The notes below the pieces were generated by a model. The model ran no database searches, had not been told where the DNA came from, and saw only the letters and a list, made by a program, of their open reading frames with translations. A DNA stretch of 64,000 nucleotides from Octopus vulgaris (taxonomy: Eukaryota), in assembly GCA_951406725.2 (NCBI GenBank), contig OX597816.1, forward strand, positions 102,486,001 through 102,550,000, in the 5' to 3' direction. Made by a program: the position numbers and the translations under genes. Shown in pieces: positions 24,085 to 38,584 of the stretch (position 1 is its first letter; each line of letters starts with the position of its first letter).

Positions 24085-24220
24085 CTTTTCTTTTTTCTTT
24101 TTTTTACGATCCCTTTTTATCGAAAATCTACCCCGCCTTTTCTCTTCCTCAAAAGAAAATCTATACTTTGTAATTTGTCCCCTCTGTGTTCAGCCCTGTG
24201 TGGCTAATAAAGAAACATAT
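24085..24220 (+). mobile_element. Tx1-like 3' end only
   Basis: Homologous to 15670-15800 (GATCCCTTTT.ATCGAAA...CAGCCCTGTGTGGCTAATAAAGAAACATAT). Confidence 0.8.
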
Positions 24221-24290
24221 TTACCAGAGTAATTTGAATGTGAAAATGTTAAAACAAGGTTGCGTGATATGTGAGATAGATAGATAGATA

Positions 24291-24338
<48 letters not shown>

Positions 24339-25578
24339 GAGAGAGAAATAGAGAGAGAGAGGAATCTCACAACCATTTCTGGCCTGTCTAGCGACCACAT
24401 ATAGATTCCTACGCTGACTCGTTCCAAAGTAATTTTGACATTGCTGTTGACGGTAGCGCAGTTGTTTTTGTCTTCTCTCTTTTTAACATTACTCTCATAT
24501 ATCATCGACAACAGATATTTTGGAGGCTAAACTAACGCCCAGCGCTACACTTTTGTGTTTCTTAGTTTGATTTATTTATTTATTTATTTTTTCAGTATTT
24601 TGCTATCTCTCTGCTAAGTAGCTCTTCAGCATGCGAGATCGAACGAACCCAAGCACTCGCCAAACCGTAACTCGGTTTACATCCCTTCGCGCTTCCTCTC
24701 TCATAACACTTCTTCCTGTGTCCCTCATTAATTTCCCTTCCACTTCTCTTCACGACATCTCTCTTCCATCTCTCTCTCTCTGTCGCTAGTCAGCTCGCTC
24801 TCTCTCCCTCGATGATTGCAATTTAACTTCGTTCGAACTGAAGTATTCAGACATGCAGTCATGCAAACAATCAAAGAGACAGTCTACGTGTGATGACTTC
24901 TCACATGATTAGAGAAGCTGGATTCATTTGTTTTCATATCTCTCCGCTAGGTGTCGCTCACGAACGAGATCGACCGAACGCCTTCATTTTAAACGCATCG
25001 TTTCACCGAGAAACATCCTGATCCATCAATATAGTTCCATCAAATAGTAACGCCCCACTCTTCAAACATTCATTTTTAACTGTCATATACCATAGTCCAC
25101 TCCTTCCAATATTTTTTTTATATACAAACAACTCTGTCACACACTTTTATTCCTCTCTGTATCATACTCTCACTCTTTCGATCACTACACATACATAGAC
25201 TCTTTCACAAACATGTACCTTTCCTCTCTCTCACACATACATACACACACACACACGTTAACGCTTTCTATCTCTCTCTCTCTCTTAAACACTCTTTCTA
25301 GCACATACATATACACCTACGTACAAACACACGTATTGATATACACGAGGACATATATACATAATTTCTTTCACACGCACACACACGCTCATATACAGAT
25401 ACATGTTCTTTTCATCATACATTCTCTTTTCGTCATACATACACGCGCGCACACACACGCACACATACACACACAAAACACACACACACACACACACACA
25501 AACACACATTTCCAGCTGTTTCTTTTTTGCTCCAATACTACATACATTCGCTCGCTCCTAGAAACAAGTACATATGCG

Positions 25579-25637
<59 letters not shown>

Positions 25638-25761
25638 ACACTCTGTCTCTCTTTCTCTTTGTTTTGTTTCTCTTTCACCTACATGCTCAAACACTCGCTT
25701 CATTATAGACAACGGGTAGCACCTTTGTTTACCCGCCTCAGTGACAAAACAAAGTATCAAA

Positions 25762-26122
25762 AGAGAACTCAAAGAGCGCAAACCTCCATCAAGGCAACAC
25801 TAACATACTCTCAACGATTAGCCAAAGATGATTTTTAAAATGAGAATGTCTGAAATAAACTCGACTGCCCTCACAAACGAGAATACTAAAAATGAACCCG
25901 ACCGCTCTCAAAAACTAAGTAAAAAAACAGGAAAAGTAATCCAGAATCCTTGTCTGGTACCGGATTGATCCCAAAATCTAATCAGATCATGCCAGTTACG
26001 AGGCCAAACATCACTGAAAGTTTCATCCGAATCCATCCAGCGGTTCTTGAGATATATTGTCCACGAACAAGCAAACACAACTGAAAAACATTACCTCAGC
26101 CTTAGCGAAGGCGGAGGTAATT
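25762..26122 (+). mobile_element. Helentron/HINE-like non-autonomous element
   Basis: Terminal hairpin ATTACCTC(A)GCCTT-AGCG-AAGGCGGAGGTAAT; 5' sub-terminal GCGCAAACCTCC.CAAGG is inverse to the 3' arm; head fragments recur at ~57255-57292 and ~58474. Confidence 0.6.
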
Positions 26123-26366
26123 ATCCAAAGGCATCGATACAGTGTTTTTAGAACTATTTCAGAATAACACCCTGCTTCATATGAGTAGTAAAGTCGTTTT
26201 TTACATTGAAAGATCCGCTTCAGTGTATTCTTTTATTCTGAATCTTTTCTATCAACATTTATATTTTTTATATTTTTCGAATATGTAGGCGTGCATTCTG
26301 TCATTCTTTGTCTATCAGTCTGTCTCGTTGTAATACACACACGCGCAGACATATACGCACACACAT

Positions 26367-26397
<31 letters not shown>

Positions 26398-26991
26398 TGC
26401 ACACACATTACGAAAGATACAGACAGACTAATATATATATATATATTACAGATATATATGATACGTAAAAGATATATATGATACGTAAAAGATATATATT
26501 CTACGTTAAGTATGTAAATGAATATATATGTATATTATATACATGCATACACACACATATGATACACATACACGCAAACATATATATTGATACATCCAAG
26601 AACATTTACCTTAATATATTTTTTGAAGTGGCGAATATAATTTGTTTAGCGTATATGTAATTAAATAGATGACGTTGTCGTCATTGAAATCACGATTTAT
26701 GCAAACTAGATAAATCGATTTAATGGACTGTTCATATTTGTGGCTGTAAATAACTGTAAATCATATTTGTGTCAGTAAGCAAACATAGGTAGATATGTTA
26801 TCTCAGAAGAAATCGCAACTAGGATCGAAACCAGGTCGGGCTAATCCTCTTTGTTTCCTACAGAGTGAAAAAAAAATTTTAAAAAAGAATTGTTTATACC
26901 TAAGCGTATAAAATTAGAGAAACATCGTTGGTTAAAAATGGGTAATGCATAAAATATACCTTAATTTGCATACCAATAAGATACTTATTGC

Positions 26992-27061
<70 letters not shown>

Positions 27062-27119
27062 TTACACGCGCGTGCACGCACACACAAACACACACACACA
27101 CACACACACATATGTGTGT

Positions 27120-27345
27120 CTTTTATCTTTTACTTATTTCAGTAATTAGACTGCAGTCATGCTGGGGCACTGCCTTCAATTTTTTTAGTCGAATGAATCG
27201 ACCCCAGTACTTATTTTCTAAAGTTCGATACTTATTCTTTCGGCCCCATTTTTACCGAACCGGTAATGTTACGGGGACGCAAACACACCAACACCAGTTG
27301 TAAAGCTGTGGTGGTGGTGGTGGGGCAAACACAAACACAAAGACA
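27120..27345 (-). mobile_element. SINE family A, 3' half, degenerate
   Basis: TTTCAGT...GACTGCAGTCATGCTGGGGCACTGCC and ACGGGGACGCAAACACACCAACACC are reverse complements of the family A tail. Confidence 0.8.
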
Positions 27346-28429
27346 CACATACACACTCACACACACATATATGTGTGTGTGTGTGCGTATATATATGTAT
27401 ATATATATATATATACGAGCAAAATTCCCCCCGTCCAATGGACGGTGCTGAGTTGTCAAACATTTAAATCAAATTTTCTTAAAACAACTTGTCCGACCGT
27501 CCCATTGGCCTCCCCTTTGAGAAACACTGATTTAACCTAAATTTGAGACACCAGCAAAAGAAGAAATAAAGATAGACTTTTTTTCTATTCCAAAGAAAAA
27601 CGGTTTTATTCATACAAATATGCAACCGAAGAGTTTAAAGTACCAGTAATGATAAGGCTGTTGACTGGGAGAACACAAACATGGTTTAAACAGTAAGCTT
27701 GGCAGTAAAGAAACGTACCTTTAAGCAGTACAAAAACAACAAAAAAATGGAATGTGCAGTTATGTACAGGTTGAAGGAAGAAAAGCAGGACAAAAACGAT
27801 GCATGTAAATGGGTAAGTGGAGGTAAATCTAGATGGAAAAGCATGATGAATTTATGAGAACGTATCTGGGACAGTAATAAGTTTATATTATTTCAAGCCA
27901 GCCAGCTTTTTTTGCGCAAACTGCACGTGCATTTTTCTCGCGTATGCGTAGTATCGATCGCAACAGCTGATGTACTTGCGCGTACAAATGCACGTTCCCA
28001 CGGCTTTATCGATCGCATTCTCACCTGAATCGATTTTTGTAATTTTTTCAAGACCTATACACGCCCTGATACCGTCAGTAACTACATATCAAATTTGAGC
28101 GCGATCGAATGGTGGATGCCCGAGAAGACACGCACACAGACAGACAGAACGGATTTTATATAATATATATAGTTAAAATTTTTCGCGAGCCTACAAAAAT
28201 ATTAGGATGGGGCTCATCCGAATTTCTTGGTGTACAAGCGACCGAGAACAGAATTCGGCATTCCCCTGAACTTGACGCTGGTCTGTGGCAGTGTTAAAAT
28301 GCTAATTGTAGTATTTTTCGGACGAGTGGACTGGAACGTGTGAAGATATATATATTGATATATTGATACATACATAAAAATATACCTTTCTCTATATTTC
28401 AGATTATCGAACATAAGCTGTTTCGTGCA

Positions 28430-28745
28430 TCAATAGTTAAATAATTGAAAACAGACATTGAAAGTACTATTTATGCAAATAGGATAAATTGATTTATTGT
28501 AATCTTAATATTCAGTGGCTGTAAACTATTTTTTATCTCTCTTTATGAGTGAAAAAACAAAAAAACAAAACAAAAACAAAAAACAAAACGAAAACAAAAA
28601 TTGGTTGTGTGAGGTCTGAAGAATTCCGAAACTAGGATCGAAACCAGGTCAAGCCAATTATTTCTCTCTCTCAACAGAGTGGTAAAAAGAGATTTCTTAA
28701 CACCACATTAACACCAATTAACATCACATCGCTGGTTGAAAGCTG
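28430..28745 (+). repeat. Dispersed repeat (paralog at ~26690-26935) carrying a decayed hammerhead core
   Basis: Shared TTATGCAAA..GATAAAT.GATTT, GTGGCTGTAAA and ACTAGGATCGAAACCAGGTC; CTGAAGA at 28616-28622. Confidence 0.6.
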
Positions 28746-29399
28746 TACAGATTTCAAAACTATACTTTAATATAAGGATCGAAACTAAATACATTATTTC
28801 ATACACACGCGTGCACATTCACACACACAAGGTCACACACATGCATACACACACACACACACGTATATATGCGTGCACAAAGGTGGAAAATAAGAAAGAT
28901 AGAGTAAATTAGTGCTTTATTGAAGCTGAAAAACTTCACAAACTGTTACTCAGATGTCAGTAATGAGTATTTAGAACAATACTATAATTTTTAAGTATTT
29001 ATAAACGTTTCAGCAATTATTATTTAGAAATTCATCGAATACACACTTGAAGCTAATTGGAGAAAGCAAAATTATTCAATATAACAGAAATCTGTTGGAT
29101 GAAAAACGACTGACCATAACGGAAAAACATAAATATTGAAAGCGAATCGAATTAGAATTAAAAACAGAATAATTAAAATATCTATAGTCGTGGAAACAGG
29201 TATAATAAACAGAGCGAATGAAAAGGTCCTTTTAGGACTGAAGATTTAAAGGAAAATATTTTGTAAAAGATTAAAATTGAAATTAAAATTGATAGTTGAT
29301 ACAATGTTAATGTTAATCAACGCAATGTTAATGTTTACGCTAAAGATAATAGTTCGTTGGCAAAGCTTTCGAAATCCGAAACTTCGATGAATGCCTGCA

Positions 29400-29710
29400 A
29401 TAATTCAAGGGAGATTTATCTTAGAAAAGGATAATATATTTTTCACTTAAGCGCAATGGGCATTTCATACAACTGTGGTAGGATTCATGCTTGCATGGTC
29501 TGGCTTTTTCCAAGATAGGCCACCGGATCTTGAAAGGGGAACAACCAATTTAACTGCCGTATATGTTGCTGATAGACTCGTTGACAATCTGTTGTCTGGA
29601 TATTTGAAAGAATTTTTGTGCAGATAAAAACTCGTGTTGCTGTTATTTTCTATGGCTCCAGTGTTAGTTATATGTATGGCTGTTATTGATCTGGACCATA
29701 GCTCTATAAA
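29400..29710 (-). mobile_element. Penelope-like element GIY-YIG endonuclease relic
   Basis: TGAIENN..SFYLHKNSFKY..STSLS, then KIRWPILEKARP and CPLRLSEKYII in shifted frames; parallels the 42250-42760 copy. Confidence 0.65.
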
Positions 29711-30102
29711 CAACTACTTTAATCAGGCAATTACTATTATGAAAGTAGTTAATTAACATCATTAACTAGTTAATGATTAACCAGTTAATAATGTGGATTT
29801 TAAAATATCTATAACATATGTATATACACAAATTACAGAAGACTCCCACCGATTGAAATAAAAACGATCGAAACCAACTAAGTTTGCTGTCTCTTAAAAC
29901 CATTACATGTAAACCGCAAGTTAATTGGTTAAAATAAAGGCAGGTTCTATGCCAGTAATACTGGTTCGCCCGGCAAACCGTGACGTTTAAGCTGCATGCA
30001 GATTGGTCGAAACCGTATTCCAAAACTTCGGCTTGTTGGATCCTTCTACGAGGTACAGAAAGGAAGAAGTCAGTCATTTTACAACACTTATCAAGAATTC
30101 AA

Positions 30103-30190
<88 letters not shown>

Positions 30191-30213
30191 ATAATATCAT
30201 ATAATATATATAT

Positions 30214-30264
<51 letters not shown>

Positions 30265-30843
30265 ATGCATATATGGGTGCAGGATGTCACCAACATTAGA
30301 CAACATGAAATACGAAAACAAATAAGTTAAATACATAAACAACGAGAGAAAAAATGAAAAACAGGATAAATAATACAAAGAATACAAAGAACGACCCTTC
30401 ATCTGTTGTCGGTTGTCCATCTACTCCCCATTTCGACAATCAATGACAATATGAGTTTTCGAAGACAGTTGCTCCCATAAATACCACAATAAAATATTGG
30501 ATTTATGAAGTGTCAAAGTTGGGAACAAAATCAGGACAGTAGAGACATACAAGGAAACCGAACGAAAACAAACAATGAGTGCCATTAGACCAGAACGAGG
30601 GGGAAATTGTGAACGCTGAGAGAAATGTTTTCTTTGAAAAGAGAAAAGATAGAAGAGAGCGATAGGAGACGTCCAGTCCTTAGAACGTCCGTGCAAGAAA
30701 AGAAAGATGGACGATGGTCACGCGTAAGCAACGAAAAAGAGAAAGAAAGTGAAAGAGAGGGAGAGAGGGACAGAAGACTGTGAAAGGAAGAAAAAGGGAA
30801 TAGAGAAGGTTGGGGAGAAAACAGTATAGAGTCGCAGTAGTAA

Positions 30844-30902
<59 letters not shown>

Positions 30903-32399
30903 ATTGTAGTAATAATAATAATGATGATGATGATGATGATGATTAATCGCCATGAGCACAATGAACATCAAGGATCAAAACGATGGCTTGCATATTCATT
31001 CGAAACACGTTCCAGCGGATTCGAACCTAAATATGCTAATCGCTGGTGTATTTCGTCTTCCGTGAAAACTTCTTTCGGAAGAAATGCGTGCTCGTAACGC
31101 ACTCATTCATTAAGGTAAAAGGACTTCGAGATACACATTAAAACCGATGGCTGTTTTTAAGAAAAAAAAATTACGACAAGAAAAATTTCCAGAAGTGATT
31201 ATATTACTGCAACTAAAAGACTGGATGAATGGAGATAAATGTGGCAAAATGGATAGGTGAAGCTTGGAATTTACAATCTGCCGGGCTGAAAAGGAAAAGA
31301 GTTTACGAATCTAAGATTAGCTTATATAACATCCAGTGAAGATATTTGTTGATAATATCCGGTAACATAGTAGCAATTCCCGTCAGATTTACATATTTTT
31401 TGCAACCGTTATATATCGGTATTAATAAACTATTTAGGGACATCATGTGTAAATCTAATAACTGGATACTCGATGGAGCAACTCACAGAAGAGAGGAAGC
31501 AATACGTAGGCTGCATCACTGCTTCTCGTTTGTGAATGGATCGTTAAATCAAGGAAGGAAATAAAAGCTGACATTATCATCAAATTTTTCAGATATGAAA
31601 TTTTGAATACATTGAATGGTACAGAAGGCGAACATTTGTCGAATGATGATAATGAAAAAGCAACAGATGTCGTGTAAGTTATAATTATAGACAGCAATGA
31701 AGAGGATCCGTACGGTGACATCATTCACCCTAATGATTATGGAAGTTTATTCAGTTCTGAAGTTGATTTTGCAAGATCTTAATGAATTTTTGTTTGATAC
31801 GTTTAACATTTACCCTGTAATTGTGATTTAAAGCCATAATAAATAGCTACATCACTCTTGTATGTATTAATTAAGCTTATGAATTCATGTTCGTTCACCT
31901 TTTTATCATTTTCGTTTTAATATTTATACCGTTAAACTGCATTGAACCTAATTAAAAATAAGATTTCAGTACTGTAATGAAAGTGACGTGGGCTTGTGCA
32001 GTTGATCAAGTATGATAGATACGAGTAAACCTCTAAATAGAAATATTCTAAATAGCCACAAGACCCATATTTATTTAGTAAGATGAATGTTTTGATTTAG
32101 TAAGATGTATATTTTTATTGGTATTATCACTGCATGTCATTGTTTATTCATTTCCTTTATTCATTAAAAAAGATTATTTGTGGGTTTGCTAGATTTATGG
32201 TACGTAGTACTGTACCTTAAATTTCGTCTAGTTAAAGTAGTATCCATTTAATATCCGTTCTCGCAGTTTTTAGCCTAAAAATCTATGTAAAAATGTCGAC
32301 TCTTAAACGAATATATATATATATGTATATTCGGTAATCTAAGCAAGAAAGAGACGGGCCTCTGTTAGAGGCCCGCAAAACTGTAAGATGCATAGAACC

Positions 32400-33074
32400 G
32401 AATCAAACTCTTTTAAATAATATATAATATGAATAATATATAATATATGTATATACATATGTATATATGTGTGAGTGTATGTGTGTGTGCGTGTGTACAA
32501 TCGTCTATATAAATATGGTAGATATATATATATATATATATATATAAATATAGATAGATATATACCATATCTAAATACATGCACATACATACATCCAAAC
32601 GTAGACATAAATATGTATATGTGAATGTCTATAAATGTATGCGTATATCTATCTATACATACGTATATATATATATATATATATATATACGCATGTATAT
32701 GAGAGACACACAAGCACATGGTTAATTCCTTTTGGCTGAGCCTTTTTAAGTATATACGCATGTTGATGTTTATATGTATGAAGGTATATGTGCATGTGCG
32801 GAGAGTGTGTGTGTATGTATGTGTAGAAACCCAAAAGACTAGGAGTCGTAGTCAATCATTTTCCTTAGTTCACACGATGTTTTTAATGATATGCCATTTG
32901 TACATAAGACGAACAATGCTGCTGTTGCGTATAATTTGTACTCCCCTGGATATTGCACTCCCCATTTGTCATTATGTTTATAATAAGCACTCCTTCGTCA
33001 TGATTATACGCTTAATATCTATTTCCCACCGAGCATATTATATATACACTCCTCTGTCTACAAGAAAACGAACA

Positions 33075-33107
<33 letters not shown>

Positions 33108-33271
33108 GCGTGTGTGTATGTATATATAAGTATATAATATATATGAATATGTATATATCTGTATATATATATATATATATATATACATACACATATATAT
33201 GTATATGTATGTGTATATATATAAATGTATATATATAAATGTATATATATATATACGTGTATATATATATG

Positions 33272-33317
<46 letters not shown>

Positions 33318-33399
33318 CACATATATATGTATATATATGTATATATATAAATGTATATATATACGTGTATATATATATATATATATATGTGTGTCTGTG

Positions 33400-33458
<59 letters not shown>

Positions 33459-33470
33459 TATACACATATA
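32400..33470. repeat. Large degenerate (TA)n/(TG)n low-complexity region
   Basis: Directly visible. Confidence 0.9.
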
Positions 33471-33813
33471 GTACAAAAGCGCGATACTATGAAATTTTCT
33501 ATTAAGTCTGTCTATTTCATTGTCGACATTTTCAAGAGCTTAATTCCGTTACAATCATTCAATGACACCGATATCTTGGATTTTGCATGACCTGAAAATG
33601 AAATACCATTTCAAATTCTGGTAAAATCGTAAACCTCAATTGGGAACAAGGCGTACCATGAGTTAAACAGTAGAATATGCACTAAATAGAAATAAAGTCC
33701 TGATTTTATTTGGTTAGTTATTTTATTTGATTGCCTTTGTAAAACTCATTAACAGACACACACATATGCGTGCGCGCACGCACACGGATACACACACACG
33801 CGCGCACGCACGC

Positions 33814-33871
<58 letters not shown>

Positions 33872-34126
33872 ACACGTAGTTATACTCGGAAGAACTGTTG
33901 TGGTTCAGTATCCATTTGGAATACTTACAAGGAATACCCATTGCAGCGGGTGCAAATGCCCACAATGGTGAAACATAGGCAGGGAACAAATGATATTAAC
34001 TGCATCTTGTGTTTATCATAATTTTCCCCATCCATCCATCCATCCATCCACCCATCCATCCATCCATCCATCCATCCATACATACATACATACATACATA
34101 CATACATACATACACACATACATACA

Positions 34127-36253
34127 TTGTAAACTCGATAAACCTGATATAATGATTTAGTATAGAGAAGAGAAACTGAGAGCAGTTGTGGAAATCAGAT
34201 GCCCAGCAGATGTTAATATAAAGCTGAAGATCAGTGAAAAAGAGAATACCTACGCTGAACTATTGAAAAATCTGCAGTTACTCTATCTAGATCACAAGTT
34301 CAGGTTTATACCTTTAACTATTGTGTAACTGGGATATGTAACGCACTGCCTCAATACCAATCTTGTGAAATTAGGTTTCTCAAAACGAGAAAGAAGGAGG
34401 CTGATTTGAAGACTACAGATCCAAATCATCACTAGAAGTGTAAAAGTCTGTAAAACTCCCCAGAAGTCTATCCTTTAAGTATGTATAGGGCATGTATAGA
34501 TATGCAAGGATATGCATGAGAAGACATACATAATACAAATCTGCACGTATACATACATACATACATACATACATACATACATACATACATACATACATAC
34601 ATACATAGATACATACATACGTACGTACGTACATACATACATACATACATACATACATACATACATACATGCATACATACATACATACATACATACATAC
34701 ATACATACATACATACATACATACGTACGTACGTACGTACATACATACATACATACATACATACATACATACATACATACATACATACATACATGCATGC
34801 ATACATACATACATACATACATGCATACATACATACATACATACATACATACATACATACATACATACATACATACATACATACATACATACATCCAAAC
34901 ATACTAGGTTGTCACTCATGAATTGTCGAATTTGAAAAGTAACAATGAAATGTTTCAGAAGTGTTAGAGAACTGATTTATTTAATCAAAGTATAATCCAT
35001 GTTCAGTTATGACCTTTGCCCAACGTTTCCCTGAGTTATGTATACCATCTTAAAAAAATTTCATCTTTTGCTGTGACGAACTGTCCGAATGCTTCAATTA
35101 CCTTTTCTCTATTTAAGAATGTTTTATTGCATATGAAAAGCTCCAAATGCTTAAATAAGTGTTAATCAGTAGGAGAGATATCAGGAGAATAGGGAAGATA
35201 TTGCAACTTTTGGACCGGAGCTTGAGAAGTGTTAGGCCGTGCATTGTCGTGGAGCAAAATTGGGCCATCTCTATTCATTAATCTAGTTTGCTTCTTTTTC
35301 AAATTCTCATGCATACAATCAATTTTCAGGCAATATGATGTTGCTGTTACCGTTTTTCCTTGTTGCAAAACTGAATAATGAATAACACCCTTCGCAGATC
35401 ACCACACAGTGACCACTAACTGTTTAGGGCGAAATGGTGGTTTTGGGCAGAGTTTAGAAGACGCTTCTGCATCTAATCACTGTCCTGTTCGCCTGCTGTT
35501 GTCAAAGAGTATCCATTTTTCATCACATGTATTTATCCGATGCAAAAATGGTTCTTTTCCAGTTGAGAAAGCAGTAAGGAGCACACTTCGAGGCGCTTGC
35601 TTGTTTGAATCTCGTTCAGTTCATGTGAAACAAATCTATCCATTTTCTTGACTTTTCCAATTTTTCCAGGTGTCGAGAAACAGTTGTGCGAGATGTTTAG
35701 AGCTCTGATGAAAGTTTTCGGACCGTTGTTCTCAGATTTTGTTCAACCAAAACATTTAATCCATCATGCTGCGTAACTGATTTTGGCCTCCCCCTTGGTT
35801 CATTTTCAAGGCAATCATCTCCTGAACGATATCTTTGGAACCATCTCTGGACAGTTCTGATGTCAACAAAACCATTACCAAAGGCCCGCTTGATATTCCG
35901 TAGAGCTTCTGCAGCAGAGTGACCTTGTTTGCACGCATACAAGAAAACCACTCATCATTGTTTCGTTGTTATCATTTTCATAAGGTCTGTGGGTACGAAT
36001 TTTGTATTTCAATATTGTTTGGAAAGAAAAAAGAGTCAAAATTAAATGCAAGGGTATACAAAATTGAGTTTTTAAATGCCTGAAATAACAAGTAATTAAA
36101 AATGTGACACTTCATATGTGACAACTTAATACATTCATGCATACATACATACATACATACATACATACATACATACATACATACATACATACATACATAC
36201 TTACATGCATACATACATACATACATGCATGCATACATACATACATACATACA

Positions 36254-36287
<34 letters not shown>

Positions 36288-36412
36288 CATACATAGCCTG
36301 TTGTTGATGTTGAAATTCCAATGAAAGAGCCATGGATCTAGGTTAGAAACCGGCTCTTTCTCTATTGGAAATAAATCTTGAAATAAAACTGAATAATGAC
36401 ATACAATCATAC
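34127..36412 (+). mobile_element. R4/Dong-like 3' fragment (RLE domain plus 3' UTR) split by the mariner at 34904-36129
   Basis: [27 protein letters not shown]...KENTY...; the distal UTR at 36297-36412 is homologous to the 3' UTR of the 2135-3060 element. Confidence 0.75.
34904..36129 (-). mobile_element. Full-length (1226 bp) decayed mariner transposon
   Basis: Imperfect TIRs (CTAGGTTGTCACTCATGAATTGTC vs TTAAGTTGTCACATATGAAGTGTC), TA TSD; HTH RTVQRWFQR..GRP, TCDEKW, LLHDNARP, YSPDISPTD. Confidence 0.93.
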
Positions 36413-36544
36413 TAAACACACATGCGCGCGCGCACTCACACACACACACACACACACACATGTATGTACGAAATTGCGGAGACCGTGCAACATGCCTGCT
36501 TATTTTCAGTTTTTCATGCTGCAATAATATTATACTTATCTGAA

Positions 36545-37250
36545 AACTGATTCTCCCCATCGATAAAAGCAGCTCATTAATATGTAAAAACCTAACCTTT
36601 TCTATCATTTCTTGCTTTCCGTATTCTAGTAGAAGTTTAGCCAATCAGCAACATAGTGACAGGAGCTCGATAACCCCAACTCCAATTAAAGCAATTGACC
36701 AGTCATGATTGTCGTTTTATGTCACTGAAAACCAAGATGTCATCTGTAGATAAGATGCCTCGGCGAACACGGTATATATTACCCTTTTTTCTTTTGAACT
36801 TTCACAATGCAAATGTGTAAACGCAATGGAATAGAATTCTGTAATATTACTTATACAAATTATATTCACTGTAGACTCTGTGTGTGTGTGTGAATTTTTC
36901 AGGTTGTGGCGCGATAACGCAATCTACATTACGAACATTAATTCCAAGCTTTGTCTCGACAATAATTTCACTCTTTTTTGCAGTCAAATTTCACCAATTT
37001 TGTTGCGAAATTGACTTATTGTTTCCAGTTGTCCTTATTTAATGCAATGAAATTGTTTTCTGCTTTAGGATGACATTACATAATGCCAACACATAATACA
37101 ACAATCTTGATTGGTAAATTTCTTTATTGGACTCATGGAACACATGTGACAATGTTGCTGATTGGCTAAACGTATGCGTTCTAATAGAATGCAAGAAATG
37201 CGATAAAATTTTCTTCATAGCTTAATACGCAAATTTTTTTCGATGGGGAG

Positions 37251-37255
<5 letters not shown>
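36545..37255. mobile_element. Old non-autonomous DNA transposon with long degenerate inverted arms
   Basis: ATTCTCCCCATCGA/TCGATGGGGAGAAT, CATTTCTTGC/GCAAGAAATG, GTTTAGCCAATCAGCAACAT/ATGTTGCTGATTGGCTAAAC. Confidence 0.6.
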
Positions 37256-37295
<40 letters not shown>

Positions 37296-37432
37296 TCACA
37301 ACAAACGGGAATGTGAAACTCTGAGTAACAGGCCTGTGATAATTATGCGGCCTTAATAAAAAAGTATATTACTCTATCTTTGGTATTTGAGTACTATTTT
37401 TTCCACCTTGTTTTGCACTTATTTGCTCATCA

Positions 37433-37468
<36 letters not shown>

Positions 37469-37471
<3 letters not shown>

Positions 37472-37810
37472 CGCAGGAATGACTGTGTGGTAAGAAGCTT
37501 CCTTCCCAACGACATGGTTAGTGTTCAGTCCCACTGCGTAGCACCTGGGGCAAGTGTCTTCTGCTATAGCCTCGGGCTGACCCAAGCCTTGGATGAATTT
37601 GTTATTTCTATCTGTGTTTGTCGCTCCACCATCGCTTGACAATCGGTGTTGGTGTGTTTACGTCCCCGTCAGTGGTTCGGTAAAAATAGACCGATAGAAT
37701 AAGTACTAGTCTTACAAAGAATAAGTCCTGCGGTCGATTTGTTCAACTAAAAACAGTGCTCCAGCATGACCACGGTCAAATGACTGAAACAACTAAAAGA
37801 ATAAAAGAAT
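37469..37810 (+). mobile_element. SINE family A with internal deletion, inserted in (TA)n
   Basis: Head GGCGCAGGAATGACTGTGTGGTAAG; tail GTGCTCCAGCATGACCACGGTCAAATGACTGAAAC. Confidence 0.85.
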
Positions 37811-37814
37811 ATAT

Positions 37815-37880
<66 letters not shown>

Positions 37881-38486
37881 ATATATAGAGATTATGTAGA
37901 AATAAGAGATGTAGAGATATATCTCTTATTTCTACCTTAAGTCTTATATCTCTTCTATCTGCCTTACCTCATCAATTTATATTATATTATATTATATTAT
38001 ATTATATTATATTATATTATATTATATTATATTATATATATATATATAGTAAAGATTATATGCCAACATAATGTGGTAGTTCCAGTTGGGGCGAATGTTA
38101 CTGTTATTTAGCCCCAGGAAGCATCATCTCCAGCTAGCTATACGACACACTATCTGTGTCCTTATATTTTCGAACAGGGGAGTTCAGCAAACCCACTCAG
38201 CACAAAGCAATATCTCTGGACTGCGGTTTTTGGATTATTTCGCTTCCTCGGCACAGAATAACCGCTCGGCTAGAGATGGCACTGCCAAACCCTTGTTCGA
38301 AAATATATATAATTTTCAAAGTGACATACAGTTTCTGATCTAATAATAGAGACATCAAATAATTGTAACATTCGTTGCAACCGGGACTTCCACATTATGT
38401 TGGCAAATAATCTTTTCTTTAGAGTACTGTTACTGAATGTCTCTCGTTGAAAGATTTAGAAAGAATATTAATGTTTCACTCTCTCT

Positions 38487-38584
<98 letters not shown>

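Noticed and set aside
29465-29713. 82-aa ORF as a host exon
   Set aside because: It matches a frameshifted Penelope GIY-YIG domain.
30265-30830. TA-flanked repeat with GAAA and CAGATGA on the minus strand as a hammerhead
   Set aside because: The motifs are in permuted order and I could not build stems I-III.
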